DNA of 64,000 bases from Candidatus Poribacteria bacterium (lineage in GTDB: Bacteria > Poribacteria > WGA-4E > WGA-3G), in the NCBI GenBank assembly GCA_965197475.1, contig CBDANF010000003.1, positions 2,208,001-2,272,000 on the forward strand, given 5' to 3'. Numbering within the stretch: position 1 is the first letter of the stretch; each line of letters begins with the position of its first letter. The position numbers were made by a program, and so were the translations under genes. Of the stretch, positions 42,064 to 51,183 are shown piece after piece. Below the pieces are notes generated by a model. The model worked only from the letters and a program-made list of their open reading frames with translations. It searched no databases and was not told where the DNA came from.

Positions 42064-42539
42064 TACCATTTCTAAGTGATTATTGCATTAATTCGTCCGT
42101 TGGGTAGAGTTTGCGAAACCCATTATGTGTCAACTTAAGGAAATTAACCCTTATTTGTATGTATTTCAGCCCCTGCGGGGCGAAAGGTGTCCAGAAAACT
42201 CGTATAAAAAACTTCTTTAGCCCCTGCGGGGCGAAAGGTATATAAAAAACTCGTGATAACAATTTGATCTTGATGTGTGCACCAAAACAAGATACACCTT
42301 ATGCAGCATGCCATACGCGCATGCTGCCCGCTGGGGCTAAAGATTAGTAATCACACGCTACTATACACCTATCGTCCCGCTGGGACTAAAGACTCATACA
42401 TATATGTCCAATATATATTCTTAAGTTGACACATAAGGATAGAGCGACGCGAAACCCAACAACAGTGTGACAGAGTTGGGTTTCGCAAACTCTACCTAAC
42501 GGACAGGCTACTATGACAATTTGTCAATTAGATATGGTA
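42064..42539. mobile_element. Nested MITE/REP composite
   Basis: Outer TIR TACCATTTCTAA/TTAGATATGGTA with TTA duplication; inner inverted pairs 42095-42122/42477-42504 and 42123-42139/42420-42436; core AGCCCCTGCGGGGCGAAAGGT x2. Confidence 0.8.
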
Positions 42540-42558
42540 TTACATTGAATTAATTCCA

Positions 42559-44361
42559 TTAACTCGCTTCAACCAACTTTTTCCATCGTGGCAGAAAACC
42601 CTCAGTTAAAAATCGGTCAAGGGACCAGATATTCTGTTGCGGTTCCTCTTCAAAAAAAGTTCCCATCGCCAATACGAGAGCATCTTTAAAACTATATTTT
42701 GTCTCAATTTGTGAGAGCATTTCATAAGTTTGGAGGAATGCAGTATGAATTCGTAGAAAGTTTAGCGCGGCAAAACTGAATGCGTTGAGTTTTAAAAAAC
42801 TATCTCCCGTTTTCTCCCAATACCATTCCGGTTGATAAAAACGGTCAAGCCGTTCCTTACAAAGCTGAACCGCTTTTTCAAGAACATCATCCAGTTCTTG
42901 GTGTTTTACCTCTCTATCTGGAATTTCAAGTTTTTCGCAAATCTCAGTATGTATCCGGTGTTTTGCTTCTTCGGAATCTACCCAAGTTTGGAACGCTTCA
43001 GATGCCCGTTCGAAACAGTTGCGGAGATCCGCAAGTGTCAAGTCAAGTTTGCTCGGAAAAGCCTTGAGCAACGAGGAACTTGGCAAAAGATGTGCTTGCT
43101 CTGGATGTAATTTTAAGAATTTATATTCTACGACATCTGCCAACATCTCTGCAAGGATAGGCGTAAAGGCAATGATAGAACGTTCATAAAGTTCGGCATC
43201 AATGAATTCTGTAAGTTTTTCAGTATCAAGATGAATCTCACCTGTACCTGTTTTGATGAATGCTTCAGCGAATGTCGTCTGTTCTCCCAAGACCGAAGCG
43301 GTTTCAGTTAGAGATAATGGTCGCTTAAAAAGTGATAATTCGGTATAAAGATCCTCAAAATCGAGTAAACTCTCCTGCCATTGATGTCCCCAAGTATCGT
43401 GGATCAGATATTTATCAAGTTCCTCTAACGGGAGAACACCAACCATTCGTGTGAGCGTTGTCGTAACCAATTCTACAGACAGTCCTGCGTCTTTTGCAAT
43501 TTGTTCTCGGAACGATAAGTCTAAATCTTCTGCATCAAAGATGCCAAACACAGGGAAGTGCGCAAACGGTTCTACCTGCCAAATTTTTCTGAGAAATTGG
43601 GCATACCCTACTTTCTTACCAGATTGTTTTTTAGCAACTCTATTTGTTATGTCGGATTTTTGTTCGTTCTGTGTTTCAATGTGAATTTCTTTCACCTCTG
43701 AAGGGAGACAGAAATAGAGTGCAGAGCAGGTTTTTATCAATTTTACTTCACCCACTTCAAAAGGCGCGCCCGGATATAAGTACTGAAATAGGCGGAGGAT
43801 GTCAGCGTCCAGTTTCGGGTTATCGGACACTAAATTAAAACGGGTCTGTAAACATCGCATAATTTGATGACGATGTTGGAGTGGGGCAGTCCGAATAGTG
43901 AGTTTTTTGTCCAGTTTATTTAACGCTTCAGAATTTATATGGAATATATTTTGGAGGTGCGCCTTCAGATACTCACGTTCTGATACCTCTGGTGGAGAAT
44001 CCGGTGTAAAACGTGTGAAAATTTTAGAACCAGCAGTGTCAAGGTTTTCAATATTGTGGTGATTGACAATTTCAGGGTATTGGTCAAGGGATAGCCAAAT
44101 CGCTTCAACAAAAATATTGTCCAAGACACTGGATGAGATATCTATTGTGCCATTTTGTATAGATGAACGGGAGACCTTGTCTGTTTCTACAACTAAAACG
44201 TTATGTAGATCGTAAAACTTTTCAAGCGTTTCAGTTGGAACTGTGCCACTCTTTTTTGTATCATTTATCTGCTTTACGTGTGTTTCAAAATCTTTCAAAC
44301 CTTCCAAAAGCACTTCGTAACTTTTTGGCGTATTATCCTGATGCCACGTGTTGATGTTCAC
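42559..44361 (-). CDS. Hypothetical 600-aa helical protein with HDTWGH...EMLAD motifs (possible M49/gluzincin-like fold)
   Basis: GAGGAGG RBS; motif resemblance only. Confidence 0.6.
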   Translation of the reverse strand: MNINTWHQDNTPKSYEVLLEGLKDFETHVKQINDTKKSGTVPTETLEKFYDLHNVLVVETDKVSRSSIQNGTIDISSSVLDNIFVEAIWLSLDQYPEIVNHHNIENLDTAGSKIFTRFTPDSPPEVSEREYLKAHLQNIFHINSEALNKLDKKLTIRTAPLQHRHQIMRCLQTRFNLVSDNPKLDADILRLFQYLYPGAPFEVGEVKLIKTCSALYFCLPSEVKEIHIETQNEQKSDITNRVAKKQSGKKVGYAQFLRKIWQVEPFAHFPVFGIFDAEDLDLSFREQIAKDAGLSVELVTTTLTRMVGVLPLEELDKYLIHDTWGHQWQESLLDFEDLYTELSLFKRPLSLTETASVLGEQTTFAEAFIKTGTGEIHLDTEKLTEFIDAELYERSIIAFTPILAEMLADVVEYKFLKLHPEQAHLLPSSSLLKAFPSKLDLTLADLRNCFERASEAFQTWVDSEEAKHRIHTEICEKLEIPDREVKHQELDDVLEKAVQLCKERLDRFYQPEWYWEKTGDSFLKLNAFSFAALNFLRIHTAFLQTYEMLSQIETKYSFKDALVLAMGTFFEEEPQQNIWSLDRFLTEGFLPRWKKLVEAS

Positions 44362-44576
44362 ATTTTCCTCCTCTTTTCTCGTTTATCCTTGCGTAGGACG
44401 CGGGCATCTATGTCTCGCTATTATATAATAGATTTTACAATTAACGACACACCTTCGATCAGCGCGCTCACAAAACGCACTTATCTGAAGGTGTGTACGT
44501 ATTTTAATGTTTCATCAAATAAGATCAATAATTAGCAAAGAGCCTGCGAACCGACATTGAATTGCAGTAAGCGAAT

Positions 44577-45413
44577 TTATAGCGGTAGTTCGGAATCACT
44601 TTTAGTTTCTTCCTCGGAGTCATCGGTTTTCGTCGGGGTATCAGTCTGTTGTGCGCCGAAGATAAGAGAATCAAATTCATCCGTAGCAGCAGTAGAACGT
44701 GCAGCGGCAAGAAATTCTTCCTCTTCAGCGCGTGAATCGGTACCTGCAAGTTCCTGAGCGACCTTTGATCGTCCCTTCGCTTTCTCTCGAATTTCTCGCA
44801 TCCTTGTCAATTCCGCTGAAGTACCATCCGTACTGATCCCAGATAGCATATCCGCGACATCTTCTTGCTCGCGTGCAGTAATAAGATCGGCAACTGCTTC
44901 AGATTGCTCAGTCTTAATCTTATCCAGATCACGATGAAGCCCTATCATCTGAAGTTTATGGGATTCAATGTCACCTTGCGAGCGTTCGATATCTTGTTCA
45001 AGTTCATCAATACGAGCGTTTTTCTCCTCCAAAGTGGAGTGAAAGTCATTGTATGAGGAAACACATCGGACGTATTCTGGATCCTGTTTGATCTCCTCGT
45101 CTGGTGTCCCAGCTTTTTGCAGTTCAGCGGCTGTACGTTGCGCCTTAGCAATTGCCCCTGCTTTCATCTGTTCAAGCTTGTCTATGTCGTTAGTCAATCC
45201 CTTAAGTGAATTCTTCTTCTGTTCAACAAGTGCAATGAGTTGCCCAATCGCATTTTTATAACGTTGGATATTCCCCTGCTTGTCGCGGATAATGTCTTCA
45301 TAATTTCCGCGAATAGCATTAGGGTCTTCCATCAGTTTATCAGCCTGCTCATGTGCACGGCCGGTTAGGTTGTACCAAATTGCTTTGAAAAAACGGGTAA
45401 TGCCGTTTGCCAT
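44577..45413 (-). CDS. PspA/IM30 (ESCRT-III superfamily)-like protein 1
   Basis: N-terminal amphipathic helix GITRFFKAIWYNLTG, 'DKLMEDP', long coiled-coil hairpin, C-terminal helix EEEEFLAAAR...DEFDSLIFG. Confidence 0.75.
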   Translation of the reverse strand: MANGITRFFKAIWYNLTGRAHEQADKLMEDPNAIRGNYEDIIRDKQGNIQRYKNAIGQLIALVEQKKNSLKGLTNDIDKLEQMKAGAIAKAQRTAAELQKAGTPDEEIKQDPEYVRCVSSYNDFHSTLEEKNARIDELEQDIERSQGDIESHKLQMIGLHRDLDKIKTEQSEAVADLITAREQEDVADMLSGISTDGTSAELTRMREIREKAKGRSKVAQELAGTDSRAEEEEFLAAARSTAATDEFDSLIFGAQQTDTPTKTDDSEEETKSDSELPL

Positions 45414-45494
45414 TGGAATTCCTCCTATGTGAGAAATTAAGTTTAATTCATATCATCCATCAAAATTTCATGAAAATTACGATATTGTAACAAG

Positions 45495-46253
45495 TTACGG
45501 TTTTCCGACCTTTGATCGTTCCATTGCTTTCTCCCGAATTTCTCGAATCCGCGCCAATTCCGCTGAAGTGTCATCCATACTAATACCTGATAGCATATTG
45601 TCAATATCCTTTTGCTCGCGTGCAGAAATCAGGTCGGCGACTGTTTCAGATTGCTCGGTCTTAATCCTATCCAGATCACGATGAAGCCTTGTTATCTGAA
45701 GTTTGTGAGATTCAATGTCGTTCTGCGCGCGTTCGATATCCTGCTCAAGTTTGGCGACACGGGCGTTTTTCTCCTCAAGGGTAGACTGAAAATCGTTATA
45801 AGAGGTAACACAGCGGACATAGTCTGGATGCTGTTTGATCTCCTCATCTGATATGCCGGCTTTTTGCAGTTCGTTGGCGGTGTCTTTTTTCTTATCAATT
45901 GCGCCTGCTTTCATCTGTTCAAGTTTGTCAATGCCATCTGTGACACCCTTAAGTGAACCCTTTTTCTGTTCAACAAGTGCAATAAGTTCCCCAATCACAT
46001 TTTTATAACGTTGGATATTCCCCTGTTTGTCGCGAATGATGTCTTCATAAGCACCGCGAACCGCTTCAGGATTTTCCATGAGTCTATCGTCCCACTCGTG
46101 GTGTTGGTTATTTCCCTGCTCTTCGCTGGAAATATCTTCATAAGCCTCGCGCACCACTTCAGGGTTTTCCATGAGTCTATCTGCCAGTTCAAGTGCCTGT
46201 CCGACTTGTGTATACCAGATAGCCTTGTATAAACGGGTAATGCCATTTACCAT
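45495..46253 (-). CDS. PspA/IM30-like protein 2 (tandem paralogue, internal duplication, C-terminally truncated)
   Basis: Highly similar to 44577..45413; DRLMENPE...YEDI...QGN occurs twice; ends at RSKVGKP. Confidence 0.75.
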   Translation of the reverse strand: MVNGITRLYKAIWYTQVGQALELADRLMENPEVVREAYEDISSEEQGNNQHHEWDDRLMENPEAVRGAYEDIIRDKQGNIQRYKNVIGELIALVEQKKGSLKGVTDGIDKLEQMKAGAIDKKKDTANELQKAGISDEEIKQHPDYVRCVTSYNDFQSTLEEKNARVAKLEQDIERAQNDIESHKLQITRLHRDLDRIKTEQSETVADLISAREQKDIDNMLSGISMDDTSAELARIREIREKAMERSKVGKP

Positions 46254-46408
46254 TGGAATTCCTCCTATGGGTGAGATTAAGTGATATTTATTTCATCCAT
46301 TTTGTATCATTCTAAAAATTTGTTTGAATTTTTCAGTTGCAAAAGTTTTAGACATCTTCACACGCTTTATATCGCAGAAATAGTCCAATAATTGCTAAAA
46401 GCAACTAA

Positions 46409-47281
46409 TTATTGGAGTTCCCTTTCTTCCGTGGACGTTGCCTTCGGATCTGCAGTCATAGTATGAACGTCTTCAACTGAGTGACTTGCTTGACGAATCT
46501 CGTGATCAGTGTTCGGGGTAAATTCCCGTATCTGTTCATCAACTTTCTTTGCAAAAGCGAGGCTTTCGTCAAGTTCTGTGCGAAGGCGTGAGAGCTCCGT
46601 CTCATTGCTTTCAGGACTGATTGTAAGCACACGGGCATAGAGATGTGAAAGCTGGATAATTGTTTGCTGAACGTCCGCTATCTGTTGTTCTCTATGTTGC
46701 TGTAGAACTCGTTTGACAGTTGCTAATTGTGAATCTTTTGATTTCTCGTGCATTTTCAACGTGTCTTTCAAACACTGCACTGCTTGTGTAAAGAGTTCAG
46801 AGACTTTACCGGTGATTTCAGCACTTACCGTAATAGGAAGGGTTGCCATCCAACCCGCGTCTCGTGCTTCCTCCTGAAAAGATTGGTGCAATGCCCGAAG
46901 TTCTTCCAGCATCTGTTCTGTTCTTTTGTCGCCATCCTTTTTCAATTGTTGGTGTAGTGCGTTCAGTTCTTCTTCCTGTTTTTGATGTGCTTCGTGAAGT
47001 ATCTCTTCATGAACGCGTTTAGTAATATCGTCTGTGCCGGTTGTCCACTTTGTAATTAGCGCACCAATAGGAAGACCAATGCCGATGACCGCACTTGCGA
47101 ATAGGTAGAGAATCTTCGGTTCTAAATTAAACACCCAGGACGCGAAAACGCCAAGTGCCCCCGCTGCAAATGGGTAAATGACGTAAGGATTGTTAATAAG
47201 ATGGAATAAGAATTTCTCCCGAAACAATTTCTTATCAATCAACGTTTTCACCAAATTGCATGTGCCATCATAAGCAGGCAA
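46409..47281 (-). CDS. 2-TM membrane protein with cytoplasmic coiled coil
   Basis: Two N-terminal TM helices, then a helical region; start uncertain. Confidence 0.7.
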   Translation of the reverse strand: MPAYDGTCNLVKTLIDKKLFREKFLFHLINNPYVIYPFAAGALGVFASWVFNLEPKILYLFASAVIGIGLPIGALITKWTTGTDDITKRVHEEILHEAHQKQEEELNALHQQLKKDGDKRTEQMLEELRALHQSFQEEARDAGWMATLPITVSAEITGKVSELFTQAVQCLKDTLKMHEKSKDSQLATVKRVLQQHREQQIADVQQTIIQLSHLYARVLTISPESNETELSRLRTELDESLAFAKKVDEQIREFTPNTDHEIRQASHSVEDVHTMTADPKATSTEERELQ

Positions 47282-47527
47282 ACTGCCGTAGAGATAAGTC
47301 TGCTTGATGTTGAAGCAGTTTCACATCACTTTTCTAACAACTACTATCTATAGAATCCCTCACCTAATTTTAACATATCAATCAGCAGTTTGTAAAGAGA
47401 ATTAACAACAAATCTAATCCGCTTGTTTGATGTTATGCAAAGTATAGCAGAAGCACGTGAAAAAAGCAACTGAATACCTAAGTCCATTAAGGACATTTAG
47501 GTTTCAATCGTTAGACCAAAAATTCAG

Positions 47528-47556
47528 TTGATTTTGGCAAAGGGATGTGGTATCTT
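47528..47556 (+). promoter_or_regulatory. Putative sigma-70 promoter (extended -10)
   Basis: TTGATT-17 nt-TATCTT with TG at the extended -10 position. Confidence 0.45.
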
Positions 47557-47605
47557 GATTAGAACATAAATACAGATATAAACTATCAAAAGGAGATAAT
47601 ACATA

Positions 47606-48577
47606 ATGTCTGAAGAACTTTCCCGCCTTGAAAAAGTTGAACTACGCGAAGTTTGGGATACTGAAGCACAGCATTTCACTCCGTGGTTGGCAAAGGAGAA
47701 AAACCTTACCCTCCTTAGTGAAACACTGGGAATGGAACTTGAACTCGAGGCACAAGAGAAAGACGTGGGTACCTTTCGTGCCGATATCTTATGTAAGGAT
47801 ACGGTTGATGATACTTGGGTATTAATTGAAAACCAATTGGGGCGGACAGATCATCGCCACCTCGGTCAAATTCTGACTTATGCTGCCGGTCTGGATGTCC
47901 ACACGATTATCTGGATAGCGCGAGAGTTTCGTAATGAGCATCGTGCTGCTTTGGACAAGTTAAATGAAATAACAGACGAACGTTTTCGGTACTTTGGGCT
48001 TGAAATTCAGGTTTGGCAAATTGAAAATTCTGCACGAGCACCACAATTCCGTATTGTCTCTAGCCCTAATAATTGGAGTAGAAATATGCAAAGTGCTGTA
48101 ACCAAAAATCCTTCTGAAAGACAACAGTACAAATATTGGACAAAATTCCAAGACTATATGATCCAAAATGGCAGTCAAATCAAACTACCTGAACCAAAGG
48201 CTAGTCGAAACTTTGAGATTAGGATTGAAACCGCTGGTACTCCAATAAGGGTATGGGTCAATAGGAATGAGTGTATTGGGGTTACGCTTAACATAGGACA
48301 CAAAAACGCAAAAACCTTTTTCCACTTATTGAAGGAACAACGTGATGAAATTGAGGATCAATTAGGTGAACCACTCGAATGGGAAGAAAAACCTAACCAG
48401 AATGATTCCAGGATAACCCTTAGAAAAGTTGACACAGATCCTGCAAACGAAACAGACTGGCATAATCAGCACGAATGGTTGGCATCAAAAGTGGAATTGT
48501 TTTATCAGATCTTCAAACCTCGTATTGATGAACTCAAAAATGCTGACTACCAACCTGAAGACGAGGAAGACGAATAA
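47606..48577 (+). CDS. DUF4268-domain protein with N-terminal PD-(D/E)xK-like domain
   Basis: EAQHFTPWL, ADILC...IENQL, DHRHLGQILTYAAG; C-terminal EIEDQLGEPLEW. Confidence 0.85.
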   Translation: MSEELSRLEKVELREVWDTEAQHFTPWLAKEKNLTLLSETLGMELELEAQEKDVGTFRADILCKDTVDDTWVLIENQLGRTDHRHLGQILTYAAGLDVHTIIWIAREFRNEHRAALDKLNEITDERFRYFGLEIQVWQIENSARAPQFRIVSSPNNWSRNMQSAVTKNPSERQQYKYWTKFQDYMIQNGSQIKLPEPKASRNFEIRIETAGTPIRVWVNRNECIGVTLNIGHKNAKTFFHLLKEQRDEIEDQLGEPLEWEEKPNQNDSRITLRKVDTDPANETDWHNQHEWLASKVELFYQIFKPRIDELKNADYQPEDEEDE

Positions 48578-48582
48578 ACTCA

Positions 48583-49500
48583 ATGGACAATTCTGACTAT
48601 TTTCATATCCTCGCTTTAGATGGCGGTGGCACACGCGGCATCTATACTGCCCAACTCCTTACTCAAGTTGAACATGTTTTTGATGTGCGTATCAAAAACT
48701 GTTTTGATCTTATTGTTGGGACAAGCACTGGTGCTATTATTGCTGGTGCTGCTGTCTGCGATATTCCGATGGATGAAATCGTGGAACTCTTTGAAACGGA
48801 GGCACCGGATATATTTCGGAAAAGGTGGTATCGCAATCCGTTGTTTTTCAGCAAGTATTCAAACGAAAAACTCGCGCAGATTATCGCTAAACATATACCT
48901 GCCAAGTCCTTATCAGAAATATCAACCCCTTTGATGATAACAAGTTCTGAGATTACAAAGAGTGAGATGCACATTTTTAGATCCAATTACATAAAAAAAC
49001 TTGAGGAATCTGATTATTCAGACGGGGACGTTTGTTTGCGTGATGCGATCGTTGCCTCTTGTGCTGTACCTACTTTTTTCGCACCTAAACAGGTAAAAAG
49101 TCATCTGTTAGCAGATGGCGGTTTATGGGCAAACAATCCTTCCATTGCTGCCTATGCGGAAGCACTCACAAATTTCGGAAAAGAACCAACACAGGTTAAG
49201 ATTATATCAATCGGTACAGGACATTCCGCATCCATGTATCGTAATAAGCGAGGTTGGGGGTTTCTATCAGGATGGGGTGGCGTAAAGATAGTCTCTTACG
49301 TGATGACGTTGCAATCTCACACATCTGCAAACCTGGCGAGACTTCTACTAAAAGAAAACTATTTACGAATTGATCCGGCAATAGATTTTTGGGATTTGGA
49401 TACTATTAGACAGTTAGCAAATCTGCAGTCAATGGCATCGCGAGATTTTGCTGAACATGCTTCAGAAATTGAGGCGTTTATTCGTCCACAAATAAATTAA
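48583..49500 (+). CDS. Patatin-like phospholipase (CapV-like)
   Basis: LDGGGTRG, GTSTG, DGGLWANNP, SIGTG. Confidence 0.9.
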   Translation: MDNSDYFHILALDGGGTRGIYTAQLLTQVEHVFDVRIKNCFDLIVGTSTGAIIAGAAVCDIPMDEIVELFETEAPDIFRKRWYRNPLFFSKYSNEKLAQIIAKHIPAKSLSEISTPLMITSSEITKSEMHIFRSNYIKKLEESDYSDGDVCLRDAIVASCAVPTFFAPKQVKSHLLADGGLWANNPSIAAYAEALTNFGKEPTQVKIISIGTGHSASMYRNKRGWGFLSGWGGVKIVSYVMTLQSHTSANLARLLLKENYLRIDPAIDFWDLDTIRQLANLQSMASRDFAEHASEIEAFIRPQIN

Positions 49501-49535
49501 ACTATGGTGAAATAGAAAATACATAGCATCTACTG

Positions 49536-49590
49536 GTAGGCGCGCTTTGTAAGCGCGCCAATCAAAGGTATATCGTTAATTGTAAAATTT
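49536..49590. repeat. GTAG-REP-like dispersed repeat (related copies ~7447, ~24787, ~44432-44480)
   Basis: GTAG-GCGCGCT-TTGTA-AGCGCGC palindrome; flanking sequence shared with 44432-44480. Confidence 0.7.
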
Positions 49591-49614
49591 ACCAAAAAAG
49601 CAAATTCAGGGATA

Positions 49615-50706
49615 TTACAACTCAAGAAACTTTCTAACTGCTGCGGCAAACTGATCGGGACAATCGTCGAAGATAAAGTGCCCCGAAACCGAAGTTGTAT
49701 CGGCACAACCGATAGACACAAACCTTGCATTTGGAATAAACTCCTCGTATTCCCGACTACCATTCAAAGAAATATTGTCGTCATCCCCGTGTAAAATTAG
49801 GGTTAGTGCTGTGATGTTTGCAACAGCATCACGATAGTCCGGTGATTTGCCAGTACTGAAGTAAACAGCGAATGAACTCCATCCGCCAGGAGTAGGCGCA
49901 GTGGGAATAAGAGAGGCGTCGTATCCCATCCCAAATAAGAGATACGCACCTATTTGCGTCTGTAAATCCACAAGGTCGTCATCCGATTTTGAAAAAATAC
50001 CACCGAAATTGAAGTACTCCTTGACTAATGGGTCATATAAGTGGAGTTCATCTTCAGGAATTCTATCGCGGACTGCATCAAAGATATTGTTTTCCTTCTG
50101 TGGTGGCGTGAGCATCCCCGCGGGTGCAACGAGTATCAGTTTTTCAACCTGCTCTGGAAATTCTGCTGCATAAAGTGCAGCAATAAAACCGCCAAAGGAA
50201 TGTCCGATTAGAAGTAATTTATCTTCTTTGAGGATGCGGCGGATTCGCTCAATATCTGCAATCTGCGCGCCTATACCAAGCGTTTGCTCAAGTTCCGCTA
50301 CGTTTTTAGGATAGTTTTTTGACTCAAAACGTTCAATAGGTCTGGTTGAGTTACCCGCACCTCGTTGATGATAATAATAGAATGCGTACCTATCTTCCAA
50401 CGATTTTAATCCTTTCCATGCGTTTGCATAGGGAATCCCTGGACCGCCGTGAACAATTATGACAGGTCGCCCTTTTCCGTAAACCTCAAAATGTAGGGAT
50501 ATATCGGACTCAACCCGCCACACAGACGAATCGGTCTGCTCAGGTGGTTCCAACGGACCTCGTAAGTTTTCTGCCTTACTGACAGAACCGAACGTATAGA
50601 GAGGTTGACCCATCTGCCAAAACATATATACCGCAGCAATAGCCACTAATACAACGACGGTCCCAATTCCTATAAGCACAATTTTAAAAACTCTTTTCAT
50701 ATTCAT
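49615..50706 (-). CDS. Membrane-anchored alpha/beta hydrolase (proline iminopeptidase-like)
   Basis: HGGPG, QRGAG, GHSFGG. Confidence 0.88.
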   Translation of the reverse strand: MNMKRVFKIVLIGIGTVVVLVAIAAVYMFWQMGQPLYTFGSVSKAENLRGPLEPPEQTDSSVWRVESDISLHFEVYGKGRPVIIVHGGPGIPYANAWKGLKSLEDRYAFYYYHQRGAGNSTRPIERFESKNYPKNVAELEQTLGIGAQIADIERIRRILKEDKLLLIGHSFGGFIAALYAAEFPEQVEKLILVAPAGMLTPPQKENNIFDAVRDRIPEDELHLYDPLVKEYFNFGGIFSKSDDDLVDLQTQIGAYLLFGMGYDASLIPTAPTPGGWSSFAVYFSTGKSPDYRDAVANITALTLILHGDDDNISLNGSREYEEFIPNARFVSIGCADTTSVSGHFIFDDCPDQFAAAVRKFLEL

Positions 50707-50807
50707 TTCTCTTTATTCAAACTATAGGTATTTTAGAAAAATATACCCCTTATCCAAACCCACTTCAAAGAATTCAGATATAGGGTTATTATTGCAATAT
50801 AAGTTTC

Positions 50808-51176
50808 TCAGTAGCTAAATTCTATAAACTTACTCACCCATGCCCCTCCGAACCAACCGGTTAATGCAGCAATAATAGCAAGTCCAACATATAATAATAC
50901 GTTGAAATAGGGGTAGGTTCGTGGTAGTCCATTGGTAGTTTTGCGTCTTTCGCTGAAAGACACCAAAAATAGTATAGGTATCATATTAGCAACTAACACC
51001 ACGAAAAGGATGGACAATGGAATCCACGATTCCAGTAGACCCCAATCAAGGACCATAGACCAAATAAATGTTGAGAAACCGATAGCAAACAGTGAAAACC
51101 ACTTTATGGAAGACTGTGAAAAATATCTTCGAGTCTTGTTTGTACCGGTATAAAACAATTTGCTTTTACTTAGCAT
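50808..51176 (-). CDS. Hypothetical membrane protein
   Basis: Three TM segments; 7 nt downstream of dapA. Confidence 0.55.
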   Translation of the reverse strand: MLSKSKLFYTGTNKTRRYFSQSSIKWFSLFAIGFSTFIWSMVLDWGLLESWIPLSILFVVLVANMIPILFLVSFSERRKTTNGLPRTYPYFNVLLYVGLAIIAALTGWFGGAWVSKFIEFSY

Positions 51177-51183
51177 AGCGCAA

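Noticed and set aside
42165-42245. Two direct repeats resembling a mini-CRISPR
   Set aside because: Only two copies, the intervening sequences resemble each other, and they sit inside a MITE/REP composite.
47250-47270. Sigma-54 promoter for the PspA-like cluster (TGGCAC on the minus strand)
   Set aside because: There is no GC at the -12 position (GG-N10-GC spacing fails).
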